Assembly: GCA_937949965.1 (NCBI GenBank)
Contig: CALFBF010000023.1
Location: 2,358-66,357 of the forward strand
Direction: 5' to 3'
DNA from: an uncultured Roseibacillus sp.
Lineage (GTDB): Bacteria > Verrucomicrobiota > Verrucomicrobiia > Verrucomicrobiales > Akkermansiaceae
Length of the DNA stretch: 64,000 nucleotides
A program made the position numbers and the translations under genes. The notes below the pieces were generated by a model. The model was given only the letters and a program-made list of their open reading frames with translations, did not search any database and was not told the origin of the DNA. Below, piece after piece: positions 1 to 9,570 of the stretch (position 1 is the first letter of the stretch; each line of letters opens with the position of its first letter).

Positions 1-1428
1 GCGGAGCGGGTGGCGGTTTTTGAAAAAGCAGACAAACTCATCGAGGCGCAACGGCTCAAGATGAGGACCGATTATGATCTGGAGATGATGGAGGAAATGG
101 GCTTTTGCCAAGGGATTGAGAACTACTCCCGCCACCTCACTGGGCGGCCTCCAGGTGAGCGTCCTTATACTCTGTTAGACTTCTTCGCTTCCAAGGATTT
201 CATGCTGATGATTGATGAGAGCCATGTCTCTATCCCCCAGATTGGCGGAATGTATGAGGGTGATCGTAGTCGTAAGAGTGTGCTAGTAGAGCATGGCTTC
301 CGGCTGCCGAGTGCTTTGGACAACCGCCCGCTGAAGTTTCCAGAATTCATGAAGGAAACGATGCAACGTCTCTACGTCTCCGCGACTCCCAGCGTCTTTG
401 AGCTGGCGAACTCACGACCTGACAATCACACCTACATCGACGTCAAACGGGATGCGGAAGCTCGGGGGCTCGACTTCCTCGCTCTCAAAAAAATGAAGGT
501 GCGCGCGAGTGGCAGTGATGAATCGGTGGAAGACTTTCACCCCGAAAAAAGAAGTACTCCGTTGGTGGTCGAACAAATCATCAGACCCACAGGATTACTC
601 GATCCCATTCTTCATCTCAAACCGCTGAAAGGCCAGATCGATGAAACAATCGAACTCTGCCGACAACGAGTGGAGAAAAATGAGCGCGTTCTAGTAACCA
701 CGCTTACCAAAAAGACGGCCGAAGATCTCACTGACTACCTGGCAGGAGTCGGCCTCAAGGTGCGCTATCTGCACTCCGATATCGATGCGGTGGAACGGGT
801 GGAAATCCTGCGGGCTCTGCGGGCTGCGGAGTTCGACATCCTAGTCGGGATCAATCTCCTGCGAGAAGGGCTCGATCTGCCAGAGGTCTCTCTCGTCTGT
901 ATCCTCGACGCGGATAAGGAAGGATTTCTGCGTAACGAAACCTCGCTCATCCAGACTGCAGGGCGAGCGGCGCGCCATATGAATGGGGAGTGCGTGCTCT
1001 TTTGCGACAAGGTCACTGACTCCATCCAACGGCTCATCGACGTCACCGAATATCGACGCGCAAAACAAGAGGCCTATAACAAAGAACACGGCATCACCCC
1101 CCAGAGCGTCATTCGCAAGGTCCAGGAAAGTCTCCACATGTATGATGAGACTGCGAACAAGGGACGCCAGGTCAATGCTGGCCTCGTGGCAGAGGATGAG
1201 ATGGTCTACAATGCTACCGAGGTCCTGCGAGAGCTGCAAAGTGAGATGCAAGAGGCGGCGAGCAAACTGGAGTTCGAACGCGCCGCGCACTTGCGGGATC
1301 AGATTAAACAGCTCAAGGAAAAGGCGGGTCTAACAGACACGCCAAAACCTGATAAAAACGTCACCTTCCAAAAGAAGGTGAAAAAAGCAAAGAAAGCCGC
1401 CAAAACTAAAAGAACAAAGAAAGGTTAG
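1..1428 (+). CDS. uvrB: Excinuclease ABC subunit B (UvrB), 5'-truncated by the window edge
   Basis: The frame is open from position 1. UvrB motifs present: [94 protein letters not shown]-terminal UVR motif [16 protein letters not shown]. Confidence 0.95.
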   Translation, partial: AERVAVFEKADKLIEAQRLKMRTDYDLEMMEEMGFCQGIENYSRHLTGRPPGERPYTLLDFFASKDFMLMIDESHVSIPQIGGMYEGDRSRKSVLVEHGFRLPSALDNRPLKFPEFMKETMQRLYVSATPSVFELANSRPDNHTYIDVKRDAEARGLDFLALKKMKVRASGSDESVEDFHPEKRSTPLVVEQIIRPTGLLDPILHLKPLKGQIDETIELCRQRVEKNERVLVTTLTKKTAEDLTDYLAGVGLKVRYLHSDIDAVERVEILRALRAAEFDILVGINLLREGLDLPEVSLVCILDADKEGFLRNETSLIQTAGRAARHMNGECVLFCDKVTDSIQRLIDVTEYRRAKQEAYNKEHGITPQSVIRKVQESLHMYDETANKGRQVNAGLVAEDEMVYNATEVLRELQSEMQEAASKLEFERAAHLRDQIKQLKEKAGLTDTPKPDKNVTFQKKVKKAKKAAKTKRTKKG

Positions 1429-1454
1429 TGGCGGCTTGATTAAACTACGCACAT

Positions 1455-2798
1455 CTAACCAACCATATTCTTCAAGTCCGAAGTGTTGGTAGGATAGGCC
1501 CAGAGGAAATTGGCCAGGGTCTTGGCCGGAATTTGATGAGCCATCGCGAGGGCAAAGGTGTTCACTACTTCCCCGGCATTGTGCCGCACGAGATGAGCGC
1601 CAAGGATGAGATCGCTCTGGTTATCGACGAGAACTTTATAAGCCCCAAATTTTTCGCCAATTCTCTTTGAAGAAGGCCACCCTGTGGTCTCTCCTTGATT
1701 CACCCGGAAGTCATGACCCGCAGCCTTGGCTTGCTCTTCGGTCAGTCCAACACTGCCCATCGTTGGGATGGTGAACACGGCCGTTGCGAGACAGCTCAGA
1801 TCGGCTACGGTGGTATTGCCTTCCAAGATATTGCGAGCCGCAATCTTACCCTGTTCATCTCCCACCGTTGCCAGCATTGGTCCTTTGGAAGCGCAGTCTC
1901 CGATGGCGTAAACTGCGGGATTACTAACGCTCTGGTAGTAATCGTTCACTTCCACCCCACGCCCACTGTGGTCAACTTGGCCCTCGCCCCCTTCTAGGAT
2001 ACTGAGGTTCGGCACGCGACCAGCAGCAGACACAATGAAGTCGGTCTCGAAGCGCTGCCCCCCTTCGGTCTCAATGACGAGTCCACTCTCCTCCTTAACG
2101 ATCTGAGTGGGCTCGGTATCGACCTCGATACGGATACCTGCCTCGCGACTGCTAGCCACAATGACAGCAACCATATCAGGCTCGAATCCCTTCAAGACCT
2201 GTGCCGAACGATGGAGAATGGTGACCTCTGCGCCGGCTTGGGCTGCAACGTGGGCGAACTCGAAGGAAATATAACCGCCCCCGATGAAGACGATGCGCTT
2301 GGGGAGTTCCGCGAGATCAAGAAAGTCGTCACTACTGCCAGCGAGTTCGGAACCGGGAATCGCCAAGGGGCGAGAAACCGAACCCGTAGCGAGCACGATC
2401 CGATCCGCAGTGAGAACGGTGCCGTCTTGTAGAGTGACCTCCTGCTCTCCACTAAGGCGCGCCTGTTGGCGATAGGTCGTCACCCCTTTGTCCACCCAAC
2501 TCTGCTGTGATTCCTCGGAAAGACCATCCAGAAACTCATTCTTGAGCGACTGGAGCGCAGCCCAATCCGTCTCTGGCGCAGAGCGCAGGCCTTTTCCTAA
2601 CAAATGCTTACCCGAGGCAACAGCTTCGGCATTAGCGACGAGATATTTCTTGGGCTGACAGCCACGGAGGGCACACGTTCCGCCAAAAGGGCGGCCATCG
2701 ACAATGGCGAGTTTCTGACCAGCGGCTAATAACCCACTAGCGCAGTAGTAGGCAGAAGTCCCCGAACCGATAATGATGGTGTGATAATGGTTGCTCAT
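1455..2798 (-). CDS. Class I pyridine nucleotide-disulfide oxidoreductase (glutathione reductase / dihydrolipoamide dehydrogenase-like)
   Basis: 447 aa. FAD fold IIIGSGTSAYY, redox-active CxxxxC (GGTCALRGCQPKK), second dinucleotide fold FIGGGYISFEF, GDC motif AIGDCAS, and a C-terminal dimerisation region. Confidence 0.8.
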   Translation of the reverse strand: MSNHYHTIIIGSGTSAYYCASGLLAAGQKLAIVDGRPFGGTCALRGCQPKKYLVANAEAVASGKHLLGKGLRSAPETDWAALQSLKNEFLDGLSEESQQSWVDKGVTTYRQQARLSGEQEVTLQDGTVLTADRIVLATGSVSRPLAIPGSELAGSSDDFLDLAELPKRIVFIGGGYISFEFAHVAAQAGAEVTILHRSAQVLKGFEPDMVAVIVASSREAGIRIEVDTEPTQIVKEESGLVIETEGGQRFETDFIVSAAGRVPNLSILEGGEGQVDHSGRGVEVNDYYQSVSNPAVYAIGDCASKGPMLATVGDEQGKIAARNILEGNTTVADLSCLATAVFTIPTMGSVGLTEEQAKAAGHDFRVNQGETTGWPSSKRIGEKFGAYKVLVDNQSDLILGAHLVRHNAGEVVNTFALAMAHQIPAKTLANFLWAYPTNTSDLKNMVG

Positions 2799-2815
2799 TA
2801 CTTGATGGGGTAACC

Positions 2816-4180
2816 TCAGACCGCTCCGTAGGCTAGCATGGAATCCGCAACCTTAATAAAACCAGCGATATTAGCCCCTTTGAGATAATTCACAAAAGAG
2901 CCGTCCGCATCCTCTTTGCCATATTTAACGCAGTTCGTGTGAATATCCGCCATAATCGCCTTCAAGCGATCATCCACTTCCTCACGTGACCAGGAGACGC
3001 GGAGGGAGTTTTGGCTTTGCTCCAGACCAGAGACCGCCACACCGCCAGCATTAGCTGCCTTAGCAGGGGCGAAGAGAATCTTGTGTTCGAGGAAGTATTC
3101 CACCGCATCGGCATCGGTTGGCATATTCGCTCCCTCCGCTACTGCGAGGACCCCGTTCGCAACGAGCGCCTTCGCTTCTGATAGATTGAGTTCATTCTGA
3201 GTTGCGCAAGGCATCGCGACATCGGCCTTCACCGACCAAGGGCGTTGACCCTCGTGAAAAGTCGCTTCAGGATAGCTCTCGACATACTTAGAGATACGAG
3301 CTCGTTCGACTTCCTTTAATTGAATAACGGTCTCCAGCTTTTCCTCATTGATACCAGACTCATCGTAGATGAAGCCGCTGGAGTCTGACATCGTCACTAC
3401 TGTTGCTCCCAGTTCGAGAGCTTTCTTAGCAGCGTAGATGGCCACATTACCCGAACCTGAAATGGCTACTCTCTTTCCCGCCAAAGAATCTTGGCGCTCC
3501 TCTAACATGAGCTTTGTGAAGTAGACGCAGCCATAGCCGGTGGCCTCCTTGCGAATAAGACTTCCGCCGTAGCTGAGTCCCTTACCAGTGATGGTGCCGG
3601 TCCACTCATTGCGAAGACGCTTGTATTGTCCAAAGAGATAGGAAATCTCGCGAGCACCAACTCCGATATCACCCGCGGGGACATCAGTATTCTCGCCAAT
3701 GTAATGCTGCAGCTCCGTCATGTAGGCTTGGCAAAAGCGCATAATCTCGCGATCGCTTTTTCCCTTGGGATTAAAGTTCGACCCTCCCTTGGCCCCACCC
3801 ATAGGGAGACCGGTGAGAGAATTCTTGAAGGTCTGCTCAAAGCCCAAGAACTTGAGGATACTGAGATTAACGGTGGGGTGAAATCTCAAGCCGCCTTTGT
3901 AGGGACCAATCGAATTATTGAACTGGACGCGAAAGCCTCGGTTCACGCGGATATTCCCCTCGTCATCCTCCCACGTTACCCGGAAGGAGATGATGCGATC
4001 GGGCTCCGTCATGCGCTCAAGAATGCGCGCCTTGCGATACTGAGGATGCTCCTCGATGTAAGGGAAAACGGATTCGGCAACCTCGCGCACAGCGGCGATA
4101 AACTCGGCCTCGCCTGGATTGCGCTTCTCTACCCCACCCATAAAGCAGGTGATGTCTTCGCAGTAAGTGTCTTCGTACAT
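2816..4180 (-). CDS. gdhA: NADP-specific glutamate dehydrogenase
   Basis: 454 aa. GGLRFHP...LPMGGAKGGSNFNPKG signature and NAD(P) fold VAISGSGNVAIYAA. N-terminus KRNPGEAEFIAAVREV is colinear with enterobacterial GdhA as I remember it. Confidence 0.93.
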   Translation of the reverse strand: MYEDTYCEDITCFMGGVEKRNPGEAEFIAAVREVAESVFPYIEEHPQYRKARILERMTEPDRIISFRVTWEDDEGNIRVNRGFRVQFNNSIGPYKGGLRFHPTVNLSILKFLGFEQTFKNSLTGLPMGGAKGGSNFNPKGKSDREIMRFCQAYMTELQHYIGENTDVPAGDIGVGAREISYLFGQYKRLRNEWTGTITGKGLSYGGSLIRKEATGYGCVYFTKLMLEERQDSLAGKRVAISGSGNVAIYAAKKALELGATVVTMSDSSGFIYDESGINEEKLETVIQLKEVERARISKYVESYPEATFHEGQRPWSVKADVAMPCATQNELNLSEAKALVANGVLAVAEGANMPTDADAVEYFLEHKILFAPAKAANAGGVAVSGLEQSQNSLRVSWSREEVDDRLKAIMADIHTNCVKYGKEDADGSFVNYLKGANIAGFIKVADSMLAYGAV

Positions 4181-4201
4181 AATGTGATTTAAAAAGTAAG
4201 G

Positions 4202-5632
4202 TTAGGGACGAGGGGTGCGGATAACGAGATTACGAATCTCGGTCATATCCTCGATTGCGAAGCGGACGCCCTCACGTCCGAGACCACTGTCTTTCACTCC
4301 GCCATAAGGCATGTTATCGATTCGGATAGATGGGACATCGCCAATGACGACTCCGCCGACATCGAGCTCGTCCCAAGCTTTTTGGATTTTGTAAATATCG
4401 CGCGTAAAGATACCAGCTTGAAGCCCAAAGCGAGAATCGTTCACTAGCGACAGCGCATCATCAAAGTCGCTGAATTTCTCCAAAATCGCAACGGGGCCAA
4501 AGGCCTCCTCACGAGCCAAGGTCGCATCGGCAGCCACCTCTTCTAACAAGGTCGCGGAAAGCATAGCGCCCTCACGCTCCCCCCCGGTCAAGAGAGTTGC
4601 GCCCGACTCAATCGCACCCTGAATCCATCCTTCGAGACGTTCTGCCTCGCGCTGCGAAATCATGGGCCCGATGAAGGTGTCTTCATTAGCAGGATTCCCC
4701 GCAATGAGCTTCTGAGTCTCAGCTACCAATCTGCTACGAGTCTCTTCGTAGATGCTCTCGTGAATCAAGATTCGCTGCACCCCAATACAGCTCTGGCCAG
4801 ACTGATAGAAAGCCCCGATAATGAGACGTGGGATGGCATCATCGAGATCGGTATCGTGGTCGAGAATAGCAGCGGCATTGCCACCGAGTTCGAGCACCAC
4901 TTTCTTTTTACCCGCGCGGCTTTTCAAATCCCAACCCACATCGGGAGAACCCGTAAAGCTCAAGAGCTTCAGCCGTTCATCAGTGGTGAAAAGCTCGGCC
5001 CCGTCGCGACTACAAGGGAGAATAGAGAATGCTCCTTTCGGCAGATCAGTCTCGGCCAAGATCTCGCCAATAATCAGAGCTCCGATAGGGGTGCGGCTCG
5101 CGGGCTTGAGCACGAAGGGGCATCCCGCCGCGATAGCAGGAGCAATCTTGTGCGCGGCCAAATTGAGAGGAAAGTTGAAGGGAGAAATCAGTGAGACGGG
5201 ACCAATTGGGACCCGCTTCCACATGCCACGGTAACCCGCTGCACGCTCCGAGATTTGTAATTCCTGCACTTCACCATTGAGGCGCACCGACTCTTCTGCC
5301 GCGATGCGGAAGGTATCAATGAGACGAGTGACCTCGCCACGACTATCTTTGATCGGCTTCCCAGCCTCTACGGTGAGGGCCTGAGCCATCTCCTCGTGGC
5401 GAAGGGTGAACTGCTCGACACAGTGATTCAGGACAGCCTGACGCTGGTAAGGCATAAAGGCGGCCATAGCCGGAGCCGCCTTCTCAGCAGCAGCAATCGC
5501 CTCATCGATCATCTCGGGACTGGCCATCGCTACATGGGTAGCTGCCTCGTCAGTGTACTTGTCCGTGACAACGAGATCGTGATTCGGTGATTGTGGCTCG
5601 TTGGCTAGGTAAAGCGGGTAGTTATCCTTCAT
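4202..5632 (-). CDS. Aldehyde dehydrogenase family protein
   Basis: ALDH motifs FTGSPDVG, ELGGNAAAI (catalytic Glu), YQSGQSCIGVQR (catalytic Cys), PYGGVKDSGLGREG. I moved the start to ATG 5632 (MKDNYPLY) because the longer ORF (to 5806) runs into the upstream gene. Confidence 0.88.
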   Translation of the reverse strand: MKDNYPLYLANEPQSPNHDLVVTDKYTDEAATHVAMASPEMIDEAIAAAEKAAPAMAAFMPYQRQAVLNHCVEQFTLRHEEMAQALTVEAGKPIKDSRGEVTRLIDTFRIAAEESVRLNGEVQELQISERAAGYRGMWKRVPIGPVSLISPFNFPLNLAAHKIAPAIAAGCPFVLKPASRTPIGALIIGEILAETDLPKGAFSILPCSRDGAELFTTDERLKLLSFTGSPDVGWDLKSRAGKKKVVLELGGNAAAILDHDTDLDDAIPRLIIGAFYQSGQSCIGVQRILIHESIYEETRSRLVAETQKLIAGNPANEDTFIGPMISQREAERLEGWIQGAIESGATLLTGGEREGAMLSATLLEEVAADATLAREEAFGPVAILEKFSDFDDALSLVNDSRFGLQAGIFTRDIYKIQKAWDELDVGGVVIGDVPSIRIDNMPYGGVKDSGLGREGVRFAIEDMTEIRNLVIRTPRP

Positions 5633-5636
5633 GGAA

Positions 5637-7283
5637 TTATTGGGTAAGTTTTGCGCTAAGCTGAGGAAGATCTTGATTAAAGATTTGATCGTTCTGTGAG
5701 TAATCGACGGGAACATCGATGACGTGCACGCCACCCTCTTGATGACACTTTTGGAGCAAGGGCAAGAGGTCCTCGGTGGCACCGAGTCGATGACCAGACG
5801 CGCCATAGCTTTCGGCGTAGGCTTTGAAATCAGGGTTCGTAAAGTCGAGGCCGAACTCAGGGAAGTTCATGTGCTTTTGCTTCCACTTAATCATCCCGTA
5901 AGCGGAGTCGTTGAGAATAATGACCGTGAGGTCGAGCCCAAGTCGCACCGCTGTCTCTAACTCCTGAGAATTCATCATAAATCCGCCATCACCCGCGATA
6001 GCCACCACGTGCTTATCTGGATGAACGAGCTTCGCAGCCATTGCAGAGGGTAAACCTGCTCCCATAGTAGCAAGCGCATTGTCTAACAAGACAGTGTTAG
6101 GGCAGTAGGCAGGGTAGCTCCGGGCGAACCAAATCTTATACACCCCATTATCCAAAGCGATGATGCCACAATCATCAATGGCACGTCGGACGTCGGCAAC
6201 GAGGCGCGCGGGGCGGACGGGGAAATGCGAATCTTCCTGCCCCTCCGCGATGTGTGCATTCATGGCCTCTCGGCACTTCATGAACCACGAGAAATCCCAG
6301 TGCTCTTGCGGTTCTAACTGCTCATTAATCTGCCAGATGCTATTAGCAATATCGCCGACCAACTCGACTTGAGGGAAGTAAACTCGGTCGACCTCGGCGG
6401 AATTGAAGTTAATATGAATGACCTTGGCTCCATCCGGCTTCATAAAGAAGGGTGGTTTTTCCACGGCATCATGACCTACGTTGAGGATCACATCTGCTTG
6501 ATCAATCGCGCGGTGCAGGAAGTCATCCGATGAGAGTGCGGCGTTACCGATAAAGCGAGGATGGCGTTCATCAATCACGCCCTTCCCCATCTGAGTAGTA
6601 ATGAAAGGAATCCCCTGAGCGTCTGCAAAGGCACGAAGTTGCTTAGCAGTGAGCTTACGATTGCCCCCAGAACCAATGACGAGGAGAGGGTGGCGAGCGT
6701 TCTTCAAAAGAGTAATCGCTTCCCGCAAGGCCTTTTCCTCAACGAGAGGACGTCGCACGATACTCGGGGTGAGCACTGGAGCGTCAGTCTCATCCGCCGC
6801 CACGTCCTCGGGGAGCTCCAGATGTACGGCCCCTGGCTTCTCCTCAGCAGCCCGTCGAAAGGCCTCGCGCACGTGTGTGGGAATCCCATCCGCCCCTACG
6901 ATTTGATGAGTGTACTTTGTGATAGGTTGCATCATATCGACTACGTCGATAATTTGGAATTGCCCCTGTTTGCTGCGTCGAATCGGTTTCTGACCCGTAA
7001 TCATTAACATCGGCATACCGCCTAACTGAGCGTAGGCCGCAGGGGTCACCAAGTTGGTGGCACCTGGCCCGAGGGTGGACAGGCTCACGCCTACCCGACC
7101 GGTAAGACGACCGTAGGTAGCGGCCATAAAGCCCGCACCCTGTTCATGGCGAGTAATGATGAGCTTAATCGTCGAACGAGAAAGAGAATCTAGAAAATCG
7201 AGGTTTTCCTCGCCTGGGATTCCAAAAACATATTCTACCCCTTCGTTTTCGAGGGCTTTAATGAAGATATCTGATGCTTTCAT
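5637..7283 (-). CDS. Thiamine-pyrophosphate enzyme, acetolactate synthase large-subunit-like
   Basis: 548 aa. N-terminal TPP-pyrimidine domain GVEYVFGIPGEENLDFL...RHEQGAGFMA...LGPGATNL. C-terminal TPP-binding motif GDGGFMMNSQELETAVR...NDSAYG. The stop lies 4 nt before the ALDH start. Confidence 0.85.
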   Translation of the reverse strand: MKASDIFIKALENEGVEYVFGIPGEENLDFLDSLSRSTIKLIITRHEQGAGFMAATYGRLTGRVGVSLSTLGPGATNLVTPAAYAQLGGMPMLMITGQKPIRRSKQGQFQIIDVVDMMQPITKYTHQIVGADGIPTHVREAFRRAAEEKPGAVHLELPEDVAADETDAPVLTPSIVRRPLVEEKALREAITLLKNARHPLLVIGSGGNRKLTAKQLRAFADAQGIPFITTQMGKGVIDERHPRFIGNAALSSDDFLHRAIDQADVILNVGHDAVEKPPFFMKPDGAKVIHINFNSAEVDRVYFPQVELVGDIANSIWQINEQLEPQEHWDFSWFMKCREAMNAHIAEGQEDSHFPVRPARLVADVRRAIDDCGIIALDNGVYKIWFARSYPAYCPNTVLLDNALATMGAGLPSAMAAKLVHPDKHVVAIAGDGGFMMNSQELETAVRLGLDLTVIILNDSAYGMIKWKQKHMNFPEFGLDFTNPDFKAYAESYGASGHRLGATEDLLPLLQKCHQEGGVHVIDVPVDYSQNDQIFNQDLPQLSAKLTQ

Positions 7284-7910
7284 AGTGTAATTTTTGAGAG
7301 TGTGTCCTGCTGAAATTTACTCCACCAACAAATTGAGAATAAGCGCGTAAACATCACAAAATTTCGAGAATAAAATAGGGCTTCATGAAAAACTCTAGGT
7401 TTGGAGAGGGTTACCTTCAGCCAATCTCATGCTGCGACACCAAAGTCCTTCTTCTTGGCAAAAATGAAGCTTTTTAACCGTTCTCATAATTTTTATTTTT
7501 CGCTCCAATTTTGATTTCAAGCTGATGTTCCTGATTGGCTCTGTCTTTGGTCTGATCATCTATCGAGCGCTTAAGAAGGGAAAGACAAAGGGCTCAGCAA
7601 GTCCGCAAATCGCAAATCACTGCCACCCTGTTAGATTTCAACTGTAACTTCCAGCCCACTTTCCTTCTTTTTTTCTTGGACTGGATGTAACGTTCCAAGC
7701 TGATATCACACTAGACTATACACCGGGACTATGTGTTGACCATCTTCGCAACGTATTCCGATCGCGTTGAGGATGGCACAATCATGAATGGAAACTTCGA
7801 TACGAGATTTGCAGTAAGTGACGTTGAGGATGGGATGACAAATTTCAGAAAAAGGTCGAGGGAGCCGAAGGAGATTTTGGTGACTACCGGATTTGCAGCT
7901 GTTAGTGAGT

Positions 7911-7947
7911 CCGAGAGATGTTCACTTTCCCCGCGAACATCTCTCGG
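7911..7947. other. 13-bp perfect inverted repeat (stem-loop) in a long intergenic region
   Basis: ccgagagatgttc (7911-7923) pairs with gaacatctctcgg (7935-7947) around an 11-nt loop. It sits about 100 nt downstream of the minus-strand beta-propeller stop. Neither strand has a U-tract, so it is not a canonical intrinsic terminator. Confidence 0.5.
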
Positions 7948-8045
7948 AATATATTAAGGAGGACTTATCCTGCTTTTACAGACAAAGGCTAACCCTACCC
8001 AAAGGGGTTGATGGTGGACGCCACGAGCAATTCAAGGAGAGGAAA

Positions 8046-9344
8046 TCATTTCAACGGGACCGTAACTACCCCGTATGAGCCTACTTCAGGCATACCTTTG
8101 GCATAGCCAACTTTGGCAAGTGCCCCGTCCTCGCCAATTTTCAAAAGCAGTATTGAGCCTTTGTTTCCGACTAATTGCACAATGTGCTTCTTGTCCGGTG
8201 CCAGATAGAGATCACTGAAAAAAGACATTTGCTCGTTTTCCGAGAACGCCTTCTCATGCTTCAAAACTAGACTACCATCGGCGGTATCAATCCCATAGCA
8301 TGAGATGGAACTTGAAAGAGCATTTGCGGTCCAAAGGTATTTTCCGTCTTCCGAAGCCACCACCCAACAGTTGGCGATTTGTCCGCCTTCAACTGACTTC
8401 CCAGTGAGCACATCGGCGCTTACCGGAGATATTTTTCCTGCCGGACTTAGGAGGTATGAGCTAGTAGATCCTGTCTGCCAAGAATACTTGGGAGACATTG
8501 GTACTACATCCGCTTCCTCACGAAGCTGGCCTTTTTTATCCAGAAACCGTGCCTCCGATACTAGGATAATATCCTCCTTCTCTCCTTCTACTATTGTAAA
8601 CCCCACTGGGATTGGCAGCCAGCGGGACTCGTCACCCGCAGGCGATGAAACGACGGAGGTAGGCTCGCTCGACAACAGCCCTGTCGTGCTGGCCACTGAG
8701 TAAGATTTCAAGTTACCAGTCGCCAATTCTACTACGACCAATTGAGACCCATCGGAAGAAAACATCGCACAGGCAGGACGGGCACCAAGGTCGCGGGTGG
8801 CCCCTTCTAGAGGAACTAGCGTGGCGCTCTCCGCATCAAACCGATATCCAGTTAAATTACCACTACCTACTCCCCCATTAGCCTCTGTGCCAATACTCGC
8901 AACATATATAAGATCCTGACTTACCGCGATAGAAACTGGGAATTTGTCACCAGCTGCTTCCTTACAACATAGAGCAAGAGAGCCATCCTCCTTGATGTTG
9001 AGGCAGGAAATCGTAGCGTCACCCGCATTTACCACGAAGAGATGTTTCCCGTCTGGGCTTACCTGAACACCGTATGCAGAAATGAGAGGATCGACTCCGT
9101 CCATAAGAGGGTGCGTCTCATCATACTCCAAAGCTGGAACCTCCAAGTTTCCCGTCCCTTTTCCTCCGGTCTCATATTCTTTGACGTAGCTAAAATCTCC
9201 ATTCACGTCGAATTTGAATGCTGCAATCGTGTTTCCATCGGCTCGATTCGTGGCAGAATAAACCATGTACTCTGACGCACAGACAACTCTACTAAGTGCG
9301 GAAAGGGCTCCGATAACGATTATTGAAATCATTTGATGTTTCAT
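8046..9344 (-). CDS. Secreted beta-propeller protein (lactonase/YncE-like)
   Basis: Signal peptide MKHQMISIIVIGALSALSRVVCA, with the start taken at ATG 9344. Recurrent blade-like motifs: VSPDGKHLFVVN, SSDGSQLVVV, SEDGKYLWTAN, APDKKHIVQL. Confidence 0.7.
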   Translation of the reverse strand: MKHQMISIIVIGALSALSRVVCASEYMVYSATNRADGNTIAAFKFDVNGDFSYVKEYETGGKGTGNLEVPALEYDETHPLMDGVDPLISAYGVQVSPDGKHLFVVNAGDATISCLNIKEDGSLALCCKEAAGDKFPVSIAVSQDLIYVASIGTEANGGVGSGNLTGYRFDAESATLVPLEGATRDLGARPACAMFSSDGSQLVVVELATGNLKSYSVASTTGLLSSEPTSVVSSPAGDESRWLPIPVGFTIVEGEKEDIILVSEARFLDKKGQLREEADVVPMSPKYSWQTGSTSSYLLSPAGKISPVSADVLTGKSVEGGQIANCWVVASEDGKYLWTANALSSSISCYGIDTADGSLVLKHEKAFSENEQMSFFSDLYLAPDKKHIVQLVGNKGSILLLKIGEDGALAKVGYAKGMPEVGSYGVVTVPLK

Positions 9345-9570
9345 GCGATTCTTATATTTTGTGTGTTTGCATTGAAAATCGGGCTGCCAGTTTGACTGCA
9401 CCAATTTGATTCGGACGATGCTTAACAGACAACGCCTGGGTTGGATATGACTCGAATCATGCCGCTCTAGGTTTATCAGGTTTGTGGGTGACCTTCGGTT
9501 TTTGTAGACTCATATTGAGCCACGAATTCATCTGTTCCTATGTTACAGGCGAACAAACCTCTCACCCACT

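Noticed and set aside
3626-4192. A 188-aa plus-strand ORF lies antisense to gdhA.
   Set aside because: It is a shadow of a strongly supported gene and has no motifs.
5633-5806. N-terminal extensions of the track ORFs. Examples: ALDH to 5806, Prc to 25855, the beta-propeller to 9404, Nif3 to 32458, GalE from 59835, and the TPR protein from 49610.
   Set aside because: The extensions overlap upstream genes or precede obvious signal peptides and conserved N-termini. Internal ATGs give family-typical starts.
7733-7957. A 74-aa GTG ORF (and an overlapping 61-aa ORF) in the long intergenic gap, considered as a real gene.
   Set aside because: There is no start context, no motifs, and it ends inside the 13-bp hairpin. 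I kept it only as part of the region-level observation.
9531-9556. TGTTC...TGTTA-CAGGC-GAACA upstream of the 92-aa ORF, considered as a second LexA box.
   Set aside because: The half-site spacing is 5 or 13 nt rather than 4, and one half-site is mismatched. It does not fit the recalled motif.
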